From: a virus
Length of the DNA: 64,000 nt
Virus record (IMG/VR): IMGVR_UViG_3300029852_000171
Coordinates: 1,103 to 65,102 of that record
Direction: 5' to 3' (one strand)
The notes under the pieces were generated by a model. That model saw nothing but the letters and a program-made list of their open reading frames with translations. It did not search any database and had not been told where the DNA came from. Of this stretch, positions 18,680 to 28,618 are shown one piece after another; position 1 is the first letter of the stretch; the number at the start of each line of letters is the position of its first letter. The translations under genes were made by a program, and so were the position numbers.

Positions 18680-20692
18680 TTAGACGCAGAAGCCGAAAGC
18701 GACGCCACCACTGTAGTTGGCGCTGCCATAGTCGGCGTTGCCGTTGCTGTCGACAAAACAGAAATAACAGCTGTCGCCAGAACGAGGAGAACGCTCCCAC
18801 CAGTAGTAAGCGGAGCCACCTTTGTTCTTCACCTTCGAGTTGCCTGCCTTGTAATATGCGTACTGCGTTCCTTCTCCAGAAACGGAATAGGTGGTGGAAC
18901 CGAAGATTTCGATTTCGGCCAGCAGGAAGCAGCTGTCGGAGACTGTTTCCGTACCGCTTGAAGAACCGCCGCCAGTGCCGGAAACTTTATTGACCGGCTT
19001 GATGGCTGTCTGCCATGCTGCGGGCAGATACCCCTTCATAGTCGCCATCGTCGAGGTGCGCATAGCGCTACTCTTCCAGCCGCCGCTGTTTGTGTTAGAA
19101 CTGTTCATCACATAGGTCGTTGCAAACAGGTCATGCATCTGGAATGTGATACCAGCCTTGCCGGTCTTAGTGGTAGCACCATATGCGGTAGATGTTGTCA
19201 GCGTATCATGGTTAAAACCAATTACATCAAAGGTGTAATTCGTACCATTCAGGGCGAGCGTCACCTGGTCGCCAACACTGACCTTACGATGAACGCTGCC
19301 GAAATCAATGTACACCGTGGATGTCGCGTTTGTGATGCTACTGTTGTTAGAGATTGCCTCAGCAAACAGCGTTACATCCGATGCTGCTACGCCGGAAAGA
19401 CCGGATGTATAATTCACGCCAGAAGTAGCCGCAGTGGAAGCCGTAGGCTTGAAGGATGCAGTCACAGCGCAGGTCTTGCTGGCGGGTGCGGTATGGTTTG
19501 TGCCAGCCGCAACACTGATAGTAATGGTCGCATTACCAGTCGTGTCATTCACGCTGGAAACCGTAACAGTCGTGCCGGAAACGGTCACCTTTGCCACGCC
19601 CGTATTATTGGAACTCGCACTGACAACACCGTTACCAGCCCGCGTAACGGTAATCGTTTTTGACCTGTTGGAGGCATTCAGCGTAATGGAGGTAGGGCTA
19701 ATGCTTAAAGAGCCAGCAGCCTTGCCGATTGACCACACAACTGTTTTTGCCGTGGTGCTCCCATCTGACCAACGATAATCCGCAGTCGGAGTAAATGTAG
19801 CGTTGTAATTATTAGCATTTGTTCCTGATGTGGTGCCTCCAATGGTGGTCTTGGTAGCACTGTAGTTGCTCCAAGTGGGAGACTGGCTGTTACCGTTATA
19901 GGTCAATGTACCGCTTTGTGAAGGGATTGCTGAAATGGTAATACGGTTTGCCTTACCGGTAGTCCGCTGAGATGTAGAAGCATTGATGCCACCGTCTGTA
20001 GTCTCGGGATAGAAACTGATATAGTAAGTCGTCCCGTTCGTCAGGCCTGTAATGGTCAGCGGCGTATTGGCGTACTGGTTGCGAGTCGTGACCTTTCGTG
20101 TAAACGCAGCCCCAGGGTCGTCCTTACCGGATGCATAACCATCAGCCTTAACAACAATCGTAGTGCTTTCCCATGTTGCCAGTGTAACACCGTCCGATGT
20201 AATGCTTGCAGCGGGGTCAGTCCACTTAACAGTCATTTTGCCGTTGCCAGCTTCTTCTGATGCAGTCATACCTGTCACATTCCAGCTTGAAATGCCAGTG
20301 ACCTGAACGGTAGGCGTTGCTGTAAATGCATTATCTTCGCTGTCTGTGTAGGCATTATTTGTGGTATAAGGGAAGAACTTATAGTAGTAGGTAACACCGT
20401 TGGAAAGACCGCTGTCGCAGAAATAAGATGTTTTGTAGGCATCTCTCGTCTTGCTGTCCAGTACTACAGTGCCATCGCGGCGGCTCTTAGGAGCGGAACC
20501 GGCCTTGCGCACAAGCAAGGTTCCACCCCATGCTGCAAGCGTAGAACCCGATACCACAATATCGGAAGGGTCAGTCCATTTCACATATACCTTGCCTGAA
20601 GCAACAAGCACATTGATATTGGAAACCGCGCCGAGCGTCACGCCACCGCTGCCGGAGCCAGCTCCGCCGGGAAAATTTGATAAAATAGGCAT
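18680..20692 (-). CDS. DGR target: receptor-binding/adhesin protein (2 FN3-like repeats, Ig-like domain, C-terminal DUF6273/CLec-like variable domain)
   Basis: Repeated VKWTDP...GL.NG.TYY..F.P; SISPTSITL Ig-like segment; C-terminal WWERSP...GVAFGFCV carrying VR1. Confidence 0.88.
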   Translation of the reverse strand: MPILSNFPGGAGSGSGGVTLGAVSNINVLVASGKVYVKWTDPSDIVVSGSTLAAWGGTLLVRKAGSAPKSRRDGTVVLDSKTRDAYKTSYFCDSGLSNGVTYYYKFFPYTTNNAYTDSEDNAFTATPTVQVTGISSWNVTGMTASEEAGNGKMTVKWTDPAASITSDGVTLATWESTTIVVKADGYASGKDDPGAAFTRKVTTRNQYANTPLTITGLTNGTTYYISFYPETTDGGINASTSQRTTGKANRITISAIPSQSGTLTYNGNSQSPTWSNYSATKTTIGGTTSGTNANNYNATFTPTADYRWSDGSTTAKTVVWSIGKAAGSLSISPTSITLNASNRSKTITVTRAGNGVVSASSNNTGVAKVTVSGTTVTVSSVNDTTGNATITISVAAGTNHTAPASKTCAVTASFKPTASTAATSGVNYTSGLSGVAASDVTLFAEAISNNSSITNATSTVYIDFGSVHRKVSVGDQVTLALNGTNYTFDVIGFNHDTLTTSTAYGATTKTGKAGITFQMHDLFATTYVMNSSNTNSGGWKSSAMRTSTMATMKGYLPAAWQTAIKPVNKVSGTGGGSSSGTETVSDSCFLLAEIEIFGSTTYSVSGEGTQYAYYKAGNSKVKNKGGSAYYWWERSPRSGDSCYFCFVDSNGNADYGSANYSGGVAFGFCV
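18686..18820 (-). repeat. Variable repeat VR1 with IMH
   Basis: 19 substitutions versus TR upstream of the IMH, all at TR adenines. Confidence 0.95.
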
Positions 20693-20707
20693 GAAATCAT
20701 CCTCCTT

Positions 20708-21109
20708 TTAACCTAACAAAATGATGTAGACCGGGATATCAAATTCGGGCATTTCACCATCTGCGGCGATAGTCAGCTTGCCATCCTCCTGCCCGATAAC
20801 AGACAGCATTGCTTCTCTGGCAATTTCGCGCTGTTCTGCCGTGGCACTGTGCGCCACCGAGATAGTCCCATTCTGTAAAGCCGTAAGACCTGTTACGGTG
20901 AGCTCCTGCGTGTATGGAGCCTCGACACCAATCCATGCAGAGGCGAGTAAAGTTGTATTCACTGCCACGCTGCTATTCGCTTTCTCACCGAGAGCAGCAT
21001 CGATTTTCACCATATTGGAGTTATCGGTTCCGTTCATCTTTTTGCGCCAGTCAAGGAAGCGTGTCGTGCTGTCATCTTCAAGATAGAGGTTATAGTTTGT
21101 CGTGTTCAT
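20708..21109 (-). CDS. Tail fibre-associated protein
   Basis: C-terminal domain paralogous to that of 21126-21590 (NTTL....W...Q.LTV.GL.A.QNG...DIPV..IL). Confidence 0.6.
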   Translation of the reverse strand: MNTTNYNLYLEDDSTTRFLDWRKKMNGTDNSNMVKIDAALGEKANSSVAVNTTLLASAWIGVEAPYTQELTVTGLTALQNGTISVAHSATAEQREIAREAMLSVIGQEDGKLTIAADGEMPEFDIPVYIILLG

Positions 21110-21125
21110 AAAGGCCTCCTTCCCA

Positions 21126-21590
21126 TTAAGACAGCAAAATCACGGTAACGGGAATGTCACATTCCGGTACTGTTCCGTTGGCCGCAATCGTGATAGAGCC
21201 TGCACTTTGTGAGCAGACATACAGGCAGGCTTCCGCAGCTGCGGCAAATTGTTCATCAGAAATACTCTGTGAAATGCCAATTACACCATTCTGCTCTGCG
21301 CCAAGCCCAGCAACGGTCAGCGTCTGCTGACCATTTGACCAACTGCCTGCCGCCAAAGTGGTATTGATAAATACGCTTGCGTCACATTTCCCTGCAAGCG
21401 CATTGTAGATGTCTTCATCGTCAAACGGGAGCTGTGAGTAGGTCTTTGTCCCATCACCAATCTTCCTGCGAACGCTACCGCTGGCCGTATCGACAATGAT
21501 GATTTCCCCGTCCAGAATGACAGGGTTACTGTTCGTCCAGTTTGCGCTCGTATCTCGTTTGAGTCTGATTCGTGTGTTAAATTCAGCCAT
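21126..21590 (-). CDS. Tail fibre-associated protein with Mtd_N/hyaluronidase-N-like domain
   Basis: TRIRLKRDTSANW...GEI...KIGDG. Confidence 0.65.
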   Translation of the reverse strand: MAEFNTRIRLKRDTSANWTNSNPVILDGEIIIVDTASGSVRRKIGDGTKTYSQLPFDDEDIYNALAGKCDASVFINTTLAAGSWSNGQQTLTVAGLGAEQNGVIGISQSISDEQFAAAAEACLYVCSQSAGSITIAANGTVPECDIPVTVILLS

Positions 21591-21664
21591 GTAGGTAGCC
21601 TCCTTTTAAGCGAAATCCCCGCCGTGTATGACACACGACGGGGTTGCTTTTATTTTATCGGGTC

Positions 21665-23140
21665 TCAGATATTCAAAGTGGCGCTGCCGCAGTTGAAGAT
21701 GATATAACCGGAAGCCTGCTTCAACTCGGTAATATCGTGCTCATGGTTGCCAGCAGCCTTGCTGTCCCAATCCGCAACCTTCTCGGCGGAGATGCCGTCA
21801 AGCACAGTCTTGTTTGCGTGCTCATGCTGCTTAGTAACAGCGCCGTCCCACGCATCGACCTTATCCTGAGAGATAGCGTCGAGAATAGTCTTATTCCCAT
21901 GCTCGTGAGCCTTCTGTTCAGCAGCGTCCCACTTTGCCTTATCGCCAGTAACAATCTTGTCCAGCTCAGCCTTATTCGTATGGCTATGAGCCTTGCCGAT
22001 AGCGGTCTGCACATCAGCGTGGAGCTGTGCCAGAGTCACAGAGCCTTCCGTAAGAGTAGCAGTTACCTTATGGTCGGCGCTAACATCAATCACAATCTGG
22101 TCGCCAACTTTGGAACCAGAAGTGACATACTCAATCAGGCTGCCAACATTGATGTAGATGTTGTCTTCAGTAGCGTTGGCAAGAACCAGATGCAGGTATG
22201 TACCAGCCTCGCCCCATGCACCAGCCTCAGCCTTTGTCTCAACCGTACCAGACTTCACAACCATATCCTTCGGGATATCGATGTTCACATCCAGATTGGT
22301 TGCGGTCTGCTTGATGTTATAACGCTTTGCGATGCCTTCGGGTGTAGAGGCGGTAACAGCAACCGTATAGTCGGTCTGCGCAGGAATAGCACCGACCTTC
22401 TCATCCACATAACCCACAACGGTGGTAGCAGTCACACCGGCAGGCAGAGAACCGACCAGCTCTTCCAATGCGTCCACATCGGCCTGGGCGTCTGTACCGG
22501 CTTTCTTGGCCGCAGCGATAGCGGCGTCTTTACCATCGGCGTATGTCTTTGCATCGTCCAATGCGGTAGTGGCAGCACCGGCGGCCTCGAAAGCACCCTC
22601 ATCCTTATAAGCAGCCGTGCCCAGACCATGCACCTTCACATCAGTACCATTGAACTTAACGGTACCATTGGCGCCACCCTCAATCAATGTATAAACGGTC
22701 TCATCGGGGATGGTGATAGTGCTTACCAGAGACCATGTTGAACCGCCCTTTGCCTGAGAATACAGATGGAATTTGCGAGCATTGTCCGCATCAACCTCCA
22801 GCTTGTACTGGGTATCAGTGTCCTGAATTTCGCCGGAGATGTAGTCGGACAGGCCGGTAATCTCATTGGCGGAATAAGTCGGCTTATTCTCAGCCTTTGC
22901 CCAGTCGTACACATCGGCAGCCAGACCAGCGGCAAACTGCAGCTGGCTGAACTTAGAAGAACCGTCACCGGCCTTGAACAGGATGGCAGGTTCTTTAGCC
23001 ACAGCCCCGGTGGCGGCAGGCACAACAACAACCGCAAGCTCACCTGCCAGCAACACAGGGTCTTTTTCAACCCAGTTAGCATAAGTATCATACTTCAGGG
23101 AAATGCGGGTATTAAAAGTAGTAGTAGCCATATAAATCAC
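21665..23140 (-). CDS. Fibre protein with Mtd_N-like N-terminus and HxH repeats
   Basis: TRISLKYDTYANW...KAGDG; HSHTNK/HEHGNK/HEHANK/HEHD repeats. Confidence 0.65.
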   Translation of the reverse strand: MIYMATTTFNTRISLKYDTYANWVEKDPVLLAGELAVVVVPAATGAVAKEPAILFKAGDGSSKFSQLQFAAGLAADVYDWAKAENKPTYSANEITGLSDYISGEIQDTDTQYKLEVDADNARKFHLYSQAKGGSTWSLVSTITIPDETVYTLIEGGANGTVKFNGTDVKVHGLGTAAYKDEGAFEAAGAATTALDDAKTYADGKDAAIAAAKKAGTDAQADVDALEELVGSLPAGVTATTVVGYVDEKVGAIPAQTDYTVAVTASTPEGIAKRYNIKQTATNLDVNIDIPKDMVVKSGTVETKAEAGAWGEAGTYLHLVLANATEDNIYINVGSLIEYVTSGSKVGDQIVIDVSADHKVTATLTEGSVTLAQLHADVQTAIGKAHSHTNKAELDKIVTGDKAKWDAAEQKAHEHGNKTILDAISQDKVDAWDGAVTKQHEHANKTVLDGISAEKVADWDSKAAGNHEHDITELKQASGYIIFNCGSATLNI

Positions 23141-23207
23141 CCTTCTTCATTGTTATAAAGATAGGACGGGAGAGTATATACCTCCCGCCCATAAACGATG
23201 TGCTTGC

Positions 23208-24503
23208 TTACACAGAAGCGTTGCCGCCATCAAGAATCAGCGTATCACCCTCGGACTGCACCAGCTTGCTCATATTCAGGCTGTTGACCTCCATGCTGCC
23301 ATCTTCCGCAACGGCGACCTTGTTCTCATCGGCAGAGCTGGTAACAACGCCCGCAGTCACACCTGCAACCGGAATATTGACGGCCTTTTCGGAAATGTCC
23401 AAAGCGGCGCCGTTCAGCTTAACGATTTCAATCAGGTTCTGGTTTGCGCCAGCTTCTACGCCATCGAGCTTTGCTTTTGCTTCATCGGTAAAATCATTGG
23501 TACTCAGACCCTTACCCTCGACCTTATCGACCTTACCAGCAAGAGCATCAGGCAGACCAGTAACCTTGGCTTGGGCGACCTCCTTGACTTCGAGCTTGCC
23601 TTCCGCAGAAACAGTAAACTCGTCAGAAACGCTCTTGACGAAATTCGCTTCTGCATCATCAGAGAGAGCAACCAGCTTCTCTTTCAGCGCAGTCGTGAAG
23701 TCCTCAGTGGAAAGACCCTTGCCATCCACCTTGTCAACCTTGTTGGCAATAGCAGTAGCAATCGCCTCATTCATCTGCTCGGTGGTGGAGTAGCCATCAA
23801 GATTGACGCTCACATCATCCAGACGGACGACTTCATTTTCTACTTTAGCGTAGATGTCATAGAATCCGGTGTCAGCATTCATCACAAGATAGAGAACATT
23901 ATCCTGTGCCTCAGCCGCTGTGGGTACAGTGCCAACCTTCTTGAAACTGGCATGACCGGTGGCGGCGATGGCCGTCTGGATTGCCTCTGCGATTGCGGTG
24001 GCGGTCATAGCATCCGTGATGCCGTAACCCTCCAGCGTTGTGGCCTTATCAGCTTTGCCGGTCTGAAGATTCTGAATATCCTGTGTATGGCCTGCAACCG
24101 TGTCAGCCAGACCGGATACGGTGCTGGTGTCAGGCGTGTACCATTCCAACGCAGTACCAGCCGCGTTGATGCGGGGCTGCTGACCAGCAGTGGCGGAATT
24201 GAATCCTTTCAGCGTGACCTTGCCATCAACAATTTCGATGGACTTGTCATCGCCCAGCACAACAGTACCGACGGCCTTCAGAGTTTTATCCGGCTGGATG
24301 ATATACAGGTCTGCGGCAGAGTCAGTCACAACGCAGACATTCTCACCATAAAAATAAACGCCGTCCGAACTACCAACTTCAACAGCGGCAGCGGCGGCAG
24401 CCTGAGCGGCGCTCAGGGTAGAGAAGTAATACCGTGCGTCCAGAGGGAACGCAGTCTGCGGATTAAATGAAACCGCAAAATTCAGTTTACCGAAATCAGC
24501 CAT
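23208..24503 (-). CDS. Phage fibre-like structural protein
   Basis: FPLDAR N-terminal motif; repeated KVDKV.GKGLST.DFT. Confidence 0.6.
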   Translation of the reverse strand: MADFGKLNFAVSFNPQTAFPLDARYYFSTLSAAQAAAAAAVEVGSSDGVYFYGENVCVVTDSAADLYIIQPDKTLKAVGTVVLGDDKSIEIVDGKVTLKGFNSATAGQQPRINAAGTALEWYTPDTSTVSGLADTVAGHTQDIQNLQTGKADKATTLEGYGITDAMTATAIAEAIQTAIAATGHASFKKVGTVPTAAEAQDNVLYLVMNADTGFYDIYAKVENEVVRLDDVSVNLDGYSTTEQMNEAIATAIANKVDKVDGKGLSTEDFTTALKEKLVALSDDAEANFVKSVSDEFTVSAEGKLEVKEVAQAKVTGLPDALAGKVDKVEGKGLSTNDFTDEAKAKLDGVEAGANQNLIEIVKLNGAALDISEKAVNIPVAGVTAGVVTSSADENKVAVAEDGSMEVNSLNMSKLVQSEGDTLILDGGNASV

Positions 24504-24520
24504 TATGCGTCACCTCCATG

Positions 24521-25753
24521 TTAAATTGTGACCTTGTAGGTGTTGGCGGTATCGTTGGCATTTGCCATGTCCATCACATACACCTTGTAGTCAATCGCCT
24601 GATAGCCGTTTGCGCCCTCAACAGAGACGACGCTCTTGGTGAAAGCGGTCTTGACTTCGGCGTTCATACCGTTCACATCCTGCACAGAGCTGACATCACG
24701 CAGCGTGGCAGGGTAAGCAAACACAACACGGATTGCACCGACAGGAATCGCAAGATTGAAGCTGTTGCCAGCTGCCAGAGCCTTACCGCTCTTGCCGCTC
24801 AGGCTGCGAACCAGCGCAGAGTTCACCTCGCCGTCCTTCGCCTCCAGCGTACCGTAGAAGCTATTGCGATAACCGGTGATTTTGCCCGTCGCCTTGCTCT
24901 TGTTACCGGCAGCAATCTTACCGGCTGCATACTCGTTGCCGAGATTCGTTACAGGAACAGCACCCTCACCGTGAGTCGCCGTAGCGGTAATAGCATAGCT
25001 GGTAGCATCGCCAACCGTCAGCTCATCAAAGGAACCAGAGGCGGTATCCTTGGTGGCAGCGCCATCCGTCACACTCCATGCGGTAGCCGTGATGCCAGTT
25101 GCGGGGCCGTATGTATAGCTGCCTGCACTCAGAGAAGCAGTGTATGCGGGAGTTACTTTTGAACCAACCTCATACGCAGCAATCTGCTTGCAGGTAATCG
25201 TCACGGCAGGCTGGGTAGCGGTAGGATTCTTTTCCTTCGCCAGAATAGAGGCCAGTACATCCTTGACATTCTTGCCGGAGGCAGCAATCGTACCAGAGCC
25301 GGAACTGGGAACGGTCAGAACGCCGATGGCTGCTGTATAGGTAAGGTCATCGGCGAAGTACACATTCTCTGCGCTATAGTTGCCATCCATAGCAGCCCAC
25401 ACGCTGCCATCATAGACATAGGCAGTATAGGAATACTTGCCACCGGCAATCAGCGCCTTGACGACAAAGATATCGTCTTTCTGAGCATCGGCGCCAGCGG
25501 CTGTCAACACGCGACTGATAACATCAGTATCGCTCTCGCCGTCGCCCTTTACGCCCTCATAATGTGCGGCCTGTCCGCCGCTGATTTCCTTCAGATTCTC
25601 ATAGCTTGTGATGCCGTCGCCAATCTTGAGCGTGCCCAGTTCCAGGTCAAAACAGGGCTCGCCTGCGGCAGGTACAACATCTTTGTTGGTCAGCCAATTC
25701 GCCGTGGTGTCACGCCGAACCTGAATTTTAGTCTTCATAGTTTTATTAGGCAT
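24521..25753 (-). CDS. Structural protein with Mtd_N-like N-terminus
   Basis: KIQVRRDTTANW...GEP...LKIGDG; Thr/Ala-rich beta-type C-terminal part. Confidence 0.6.
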   Translation of the reverse strand: MPNKTMKTKIQVRRDTTANWLTNKDVVPAAGEPCFDLELGTLKIGDGITSYENLKEISGGQAAHYEGVKGDGESDTDVISRVLTAAGADAQKDDIFVVKALIAGGKYSYTAYVYDGSVWAAMDGNYSAENVYFADDLTYTAAIGVLTVPSSGSGTIAASGKNVKDVLASILAKEKNPTATQPAVTITCKQIAAYEVGSKVTPAYTASLSAGSYTYGPATGITATAWSVTDGAATKDTASGSFDELTVGDATSYAITATATHGEGAVPVTNLGNEYAAGKIAAGNKSKATGKITGYRNSFYGTLEAKDGEVNSALVRSLSGKSGKALAAGNSFNLAIPVGAIRVVFAYPATLRDVSSVQDVNGMNAEVKTAFTKSVVSVEGANGYQAIDYKVYVMDMANANDTANTYKVTI

Positions 25754-25788
25754 AACTTTCCTCCTTCAAAATATTTTGCAGAATGGTC

Positions 25789-26151
25789 TCATTGAATACC
25801 GTGCGCCGTTCCGCCGTCGATGGTTTTAATATCCTCAACGCTGATTTCACCGGAACCAACGGGAGTTAATGCACCTTCGTCAGAAACAATGTAAGGCACC
25901 CAGTCAGAGCCGTTATGCACAGAAATAATATTTCCATCGCAGCCATAGGCATCTACCCATGCCTGCGCCTCGCTAATGGTCGCAAACTGCTTGCGCTCAG
26001 AGATGCGCTTCATATTACCGGCAGCGTCATAGAAGAACAACTCTGACTCCTCTGCGTCGCTTGTGATAATCAAACTATCCTTTGGTATCACACCAGACGC
26101 AATCGCGCTTGTAATCTTTGACTTCTTGCCGTATGCAACCCTCACACCCAT
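25789..26151 (-). CDS. Hypothetical phage tail-module protein
   Basis: ORF with GAGGTG RBS within the tail operon. Confidence 0.6.
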   Translation of the reverse strand: MGVRVAYGKKSKITSAIASGVIPKDSLIITSDAEESELFFYDAAGNMKRISERKQFATISEAQAWVDAYGCDGNIISVHNGSDWVPYIVSDEGALTPVGSGEISVEDIKTIDGGTAHGIQ

Positions 26152-26167
26152 CTCATCTCACCTCCCA

Positions 26168-26827
26168 TTAGCCAAAATAAATGACCGCTTCAGTATCTGC
26201 TGTCGGGTCGTTATTCTCATCTCCGAAATGAATCGTCTCGTCGTCGTTGACCATCTCGCTCATATCGATGGCATCACCAACACGCTTCCCGTTGGATGAC
26301 ATCTGCAAGACCTTCTTCTCAGAGTCGTAAACAAGGTTATCACCCTTTTTATCCATTTCCACACGGATGGTTTCCACGCCGTTTTCTGTCGTCTCCGTCT
26401 GTTTCTGCAAAGCGTAGATGGCAGAGAGCTGATGGTCACAAATGTAGTCATCCATATTTTTGGACTCTTCCACATACAGCAAGCATTCACCACTCTTGGC
26501 GATTGTCGGGTTGGATGGAGTCCCGGAAAAAATCTGCAACCAGGTACATACCTCACCGGGGTACTTGCTCAGCCGACAAGATACAGGAAAGACATACTGG
26601 TAATAGGCCTCTTTATACTTTTCCCCTGTTCGTTCCAGGCGAACAATGTCAGCCACACCGTCTGCGCGAATGTAGCTCAAATACGGAGTGGCAGCCAACA
26701 TATCCACCTCGCCGACCTGCAACGGAATCAAATAAACGATTTTCTGATTCAGGTTATCGCCCCGATAAATCGGCTCATTCACTGTCATAACGAGATTCAT
26801 ACTCTCGTCCAGCTTGATATAAATCAC
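26168..26827 (-). CDS. Hypothetical baseplate-region protein
   Basis: ORF with GGAGGTG RBS within the tail operon. Confidence 0.6.
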   Translation of the reverse strand: MIYIKLDESMNLVMTVNEPIYRGDNLNQKIVYLIPLQVGEVDMLAATPYLSYIRADGVADIVRLERTGEKYKEAYYQYVFPVSCRLSKYPGEVCTWLQIFSGTPSNPTIAKSGECLLYVEESKNMDDYICDHQLSAIYALQKQTETTENGVETIRVEMDKKGDNLVYDSEKKVLQMSSNGKRVGDAIDMSEMVNDDETIHFGDENNDPTADTEAVIYFG

Positions 26828-26844
26828 TCATATCACCTCCGTTT

Positions 26845-27771
26845 CTATAGAATGACAAAGTCAACTTCGTCCAGCGTCATGTTGTTAAATTCTGAAAGCT
26901 CGTCTGCGTCCATTTCAGCAAGCAGCCTATGACGCTTCAAAATAGGGCTTGCACTCACGCTAATGTCAACCGCCGTTCCATCCGTGGCAATAAACTGCCG
27001 GATGGACTCTGTGATATCTGCCAGAATACGCAGGTTGTTCTCTACAAGTTCATGTTTCCGCAAATGCTCACCGGACACTTTTGCGTCAAAAGCCATGCCG
27101 CCATACGCCCGGCCAAAAGAGAAATGCAGCTCTGTACCAAGAACAAGAGCCGCGATTTCCATGGCCATACTTGCGGTACTCGTTATGCGGTAGCAGAGAT
27201 TCACCATCTCCGTTCCAGGCACTACTGGCGCATCCACCTTGATATAGTCGATTGCCTGTGTCCCAGATACAACAGCATCCAGCACAATGCTGTCCTCTGG
27301 GGACATCAGCCCCCATTTCAGCGTATCACGAACGCCTCCGTCAAACGCAATGGCCGTATGCCCGTGTCCAAGTGACTTGGCAATGTTTGCAAGAAGCGGA
27401 GCCGCATTCAAAATCATGCAGCTCTTCGCTTCAGCAAACATCGTTTCCAAAGCCGGAATATCCTCAACCGCCAGCTCAACAGCACTGGCTTCTGGGTTCA
27501 TGATGTAGTGTGTCTGAAACACTGCGTTGGCACTGATAGCAGTACCCCAGTTCAGTCTCTCATAGCAAGTCTTAATCATCTTGTCAATGTGCGAGACCAG
27601 TTCGGAACCGAACTGCATCGCTACAAACTTTTGCAAGGTATAGCTTTCAATGCAGCTTTCCAAAATGATGCGGTTGGTGGCCGTGAGACCGTCACGATAT
27701 GGAAGGGAGTAGACGATAAGGTCGCATTCAGTGATGCGCCTTTTCAGATAAATATCAAACTCCTTTACCAT
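26845..27771 (-). CDS. Hypothetical phage tail-module protein
   Basis: 308-aa ORF with RBS, co-oriented in the operon. Confidence 0.6.
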   Translation of the reverse strand: MVKEFDIYLKRRITECDLIVYSLPYRDGLTATNRIILESCIESYTLQKFVAMQFGSELVSHIDKMIKTCYERLNWGTAISANAVFQTHYIMNPEASAVELAVEDIPALETMFAEAKSCMILNAAPLLANIAKSLGHGHTAIAFDGGVRDTLKWGLMSPEDSIVLDAVVSGTQAIDYIKVDAPVVPGTEMVNLCYRITSTASMAMEIAALVLGTELHFSFGRAYGGMAFDAKVSGEHLRKHELVENNLRILADITESIRQFIATDGTAVDISVSASPILKRHRLLAEMDADELSEFNNMTLDEVDFVIL

Positions 27772-27788
27772 ATTGCATCAGCTCCTTG

Positions 27789-28196
27789 TTACGCAGGGTT
27801 CTGGGCAGACAGGCTTAAATACCCTTCCTTAATGGTCATAATGGTTGCCGTCTCAACGCTTCTGGGCGTGGACAACACGCCATACATCAAAAGGTTGCCG
27901 CCGCCGACGGTATCGGAGTCATAGATAACAAAATGGGTAATTGTACCCCAGCTTGCAGTACTCTCGTTGAAGTTGATTGCCTGTGTGTTGGTCACAACGC
28001 CGGACGCAGGTTCACTCAGAGTAGTCAGCTTCACCCTTGCGTAACCAGCAGAGGTAGAGGGTTCATTCACATTCGTGCCATTAACATTGGGCGCAGAAGT
28101 GCTCAGACCAATGTAGTAGTTGCTGGGAATCTCGGGACTTGTTTTGGTTCCGAAAAGATTGCCCGCCGCCAGGTTTAAGAAGTAGGTTGTATTCAT
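27789..28196 (-). CDS. Phage tail-associated protein
   Basis: YIGLST..P....EP....YARV...WGTITHF...GGNLL motif common in tail proteins. Confidence 0.65.
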   Translation of the reverse strand: MNTTYFLNLAAGNLFGTKTSPEIPSNYYIGLSTSAPNVNGTNVNEPSTSAGYARVKLTTLSEPASGVVTNTQAINFNESTASWGTITHFVIYDSDTVGGGNLLMYGVLSTPRSVETATIMTIKEGYLSLSAQNPA

Positions 28197-28234
28197 AACT
28201 GGTTATCCTCCTATTTTCTGATTAAGAACAAAGA

Positions 28235-28618
28235 TTATCTTCGCACAAATTCCTTGTTGATATTGTTATGGATGTAGATAACGCCCTGCTGGGGAATATC
28301 TACATTGTTGTCAATATCCTTAATCGTGATTTGGTACACAAACTTTCCAAACAAATCAACGGTGTCATCCGGTTGAAGTGATACGAACAGGATGTTGTAA
28401 AAAGTCTCTGATTCGTCCATACGCACGGTCATGGTTTTTGAAACCACAGGAGCACCGTTTTTGTTTACGAAGTTGATAATAGAAAAGTTTGCCGTACAGC
28501 CCGTTAGTCCAAACGGTTTTGGATTGGTCTTATCACAATACACATGAAACACCAAATCCTCAGAAGAGCCGCCGACAAAGTCAAGCTCCGGCAAACTGTA
28601 AACATTGTTAATCATCAT
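28235..28618 (-). CDS. BppU-N-like baseplate protein
   Basis: LQPDDT..L.GKFVYQITIKD...QG motif. Confidence 0.5.
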   Translation of the reverse strand: MMINNVYSLPELDFVGGSSEDLVFHVYCDKTNPKPFGLTGCTANFSIINFVNKNGAPVVSKTMTVRMDESETFYNILFVSLQPDDTVDLFGKFVYQITIKDIDNNVDIPQQGVIYIHNNINKEFVRR

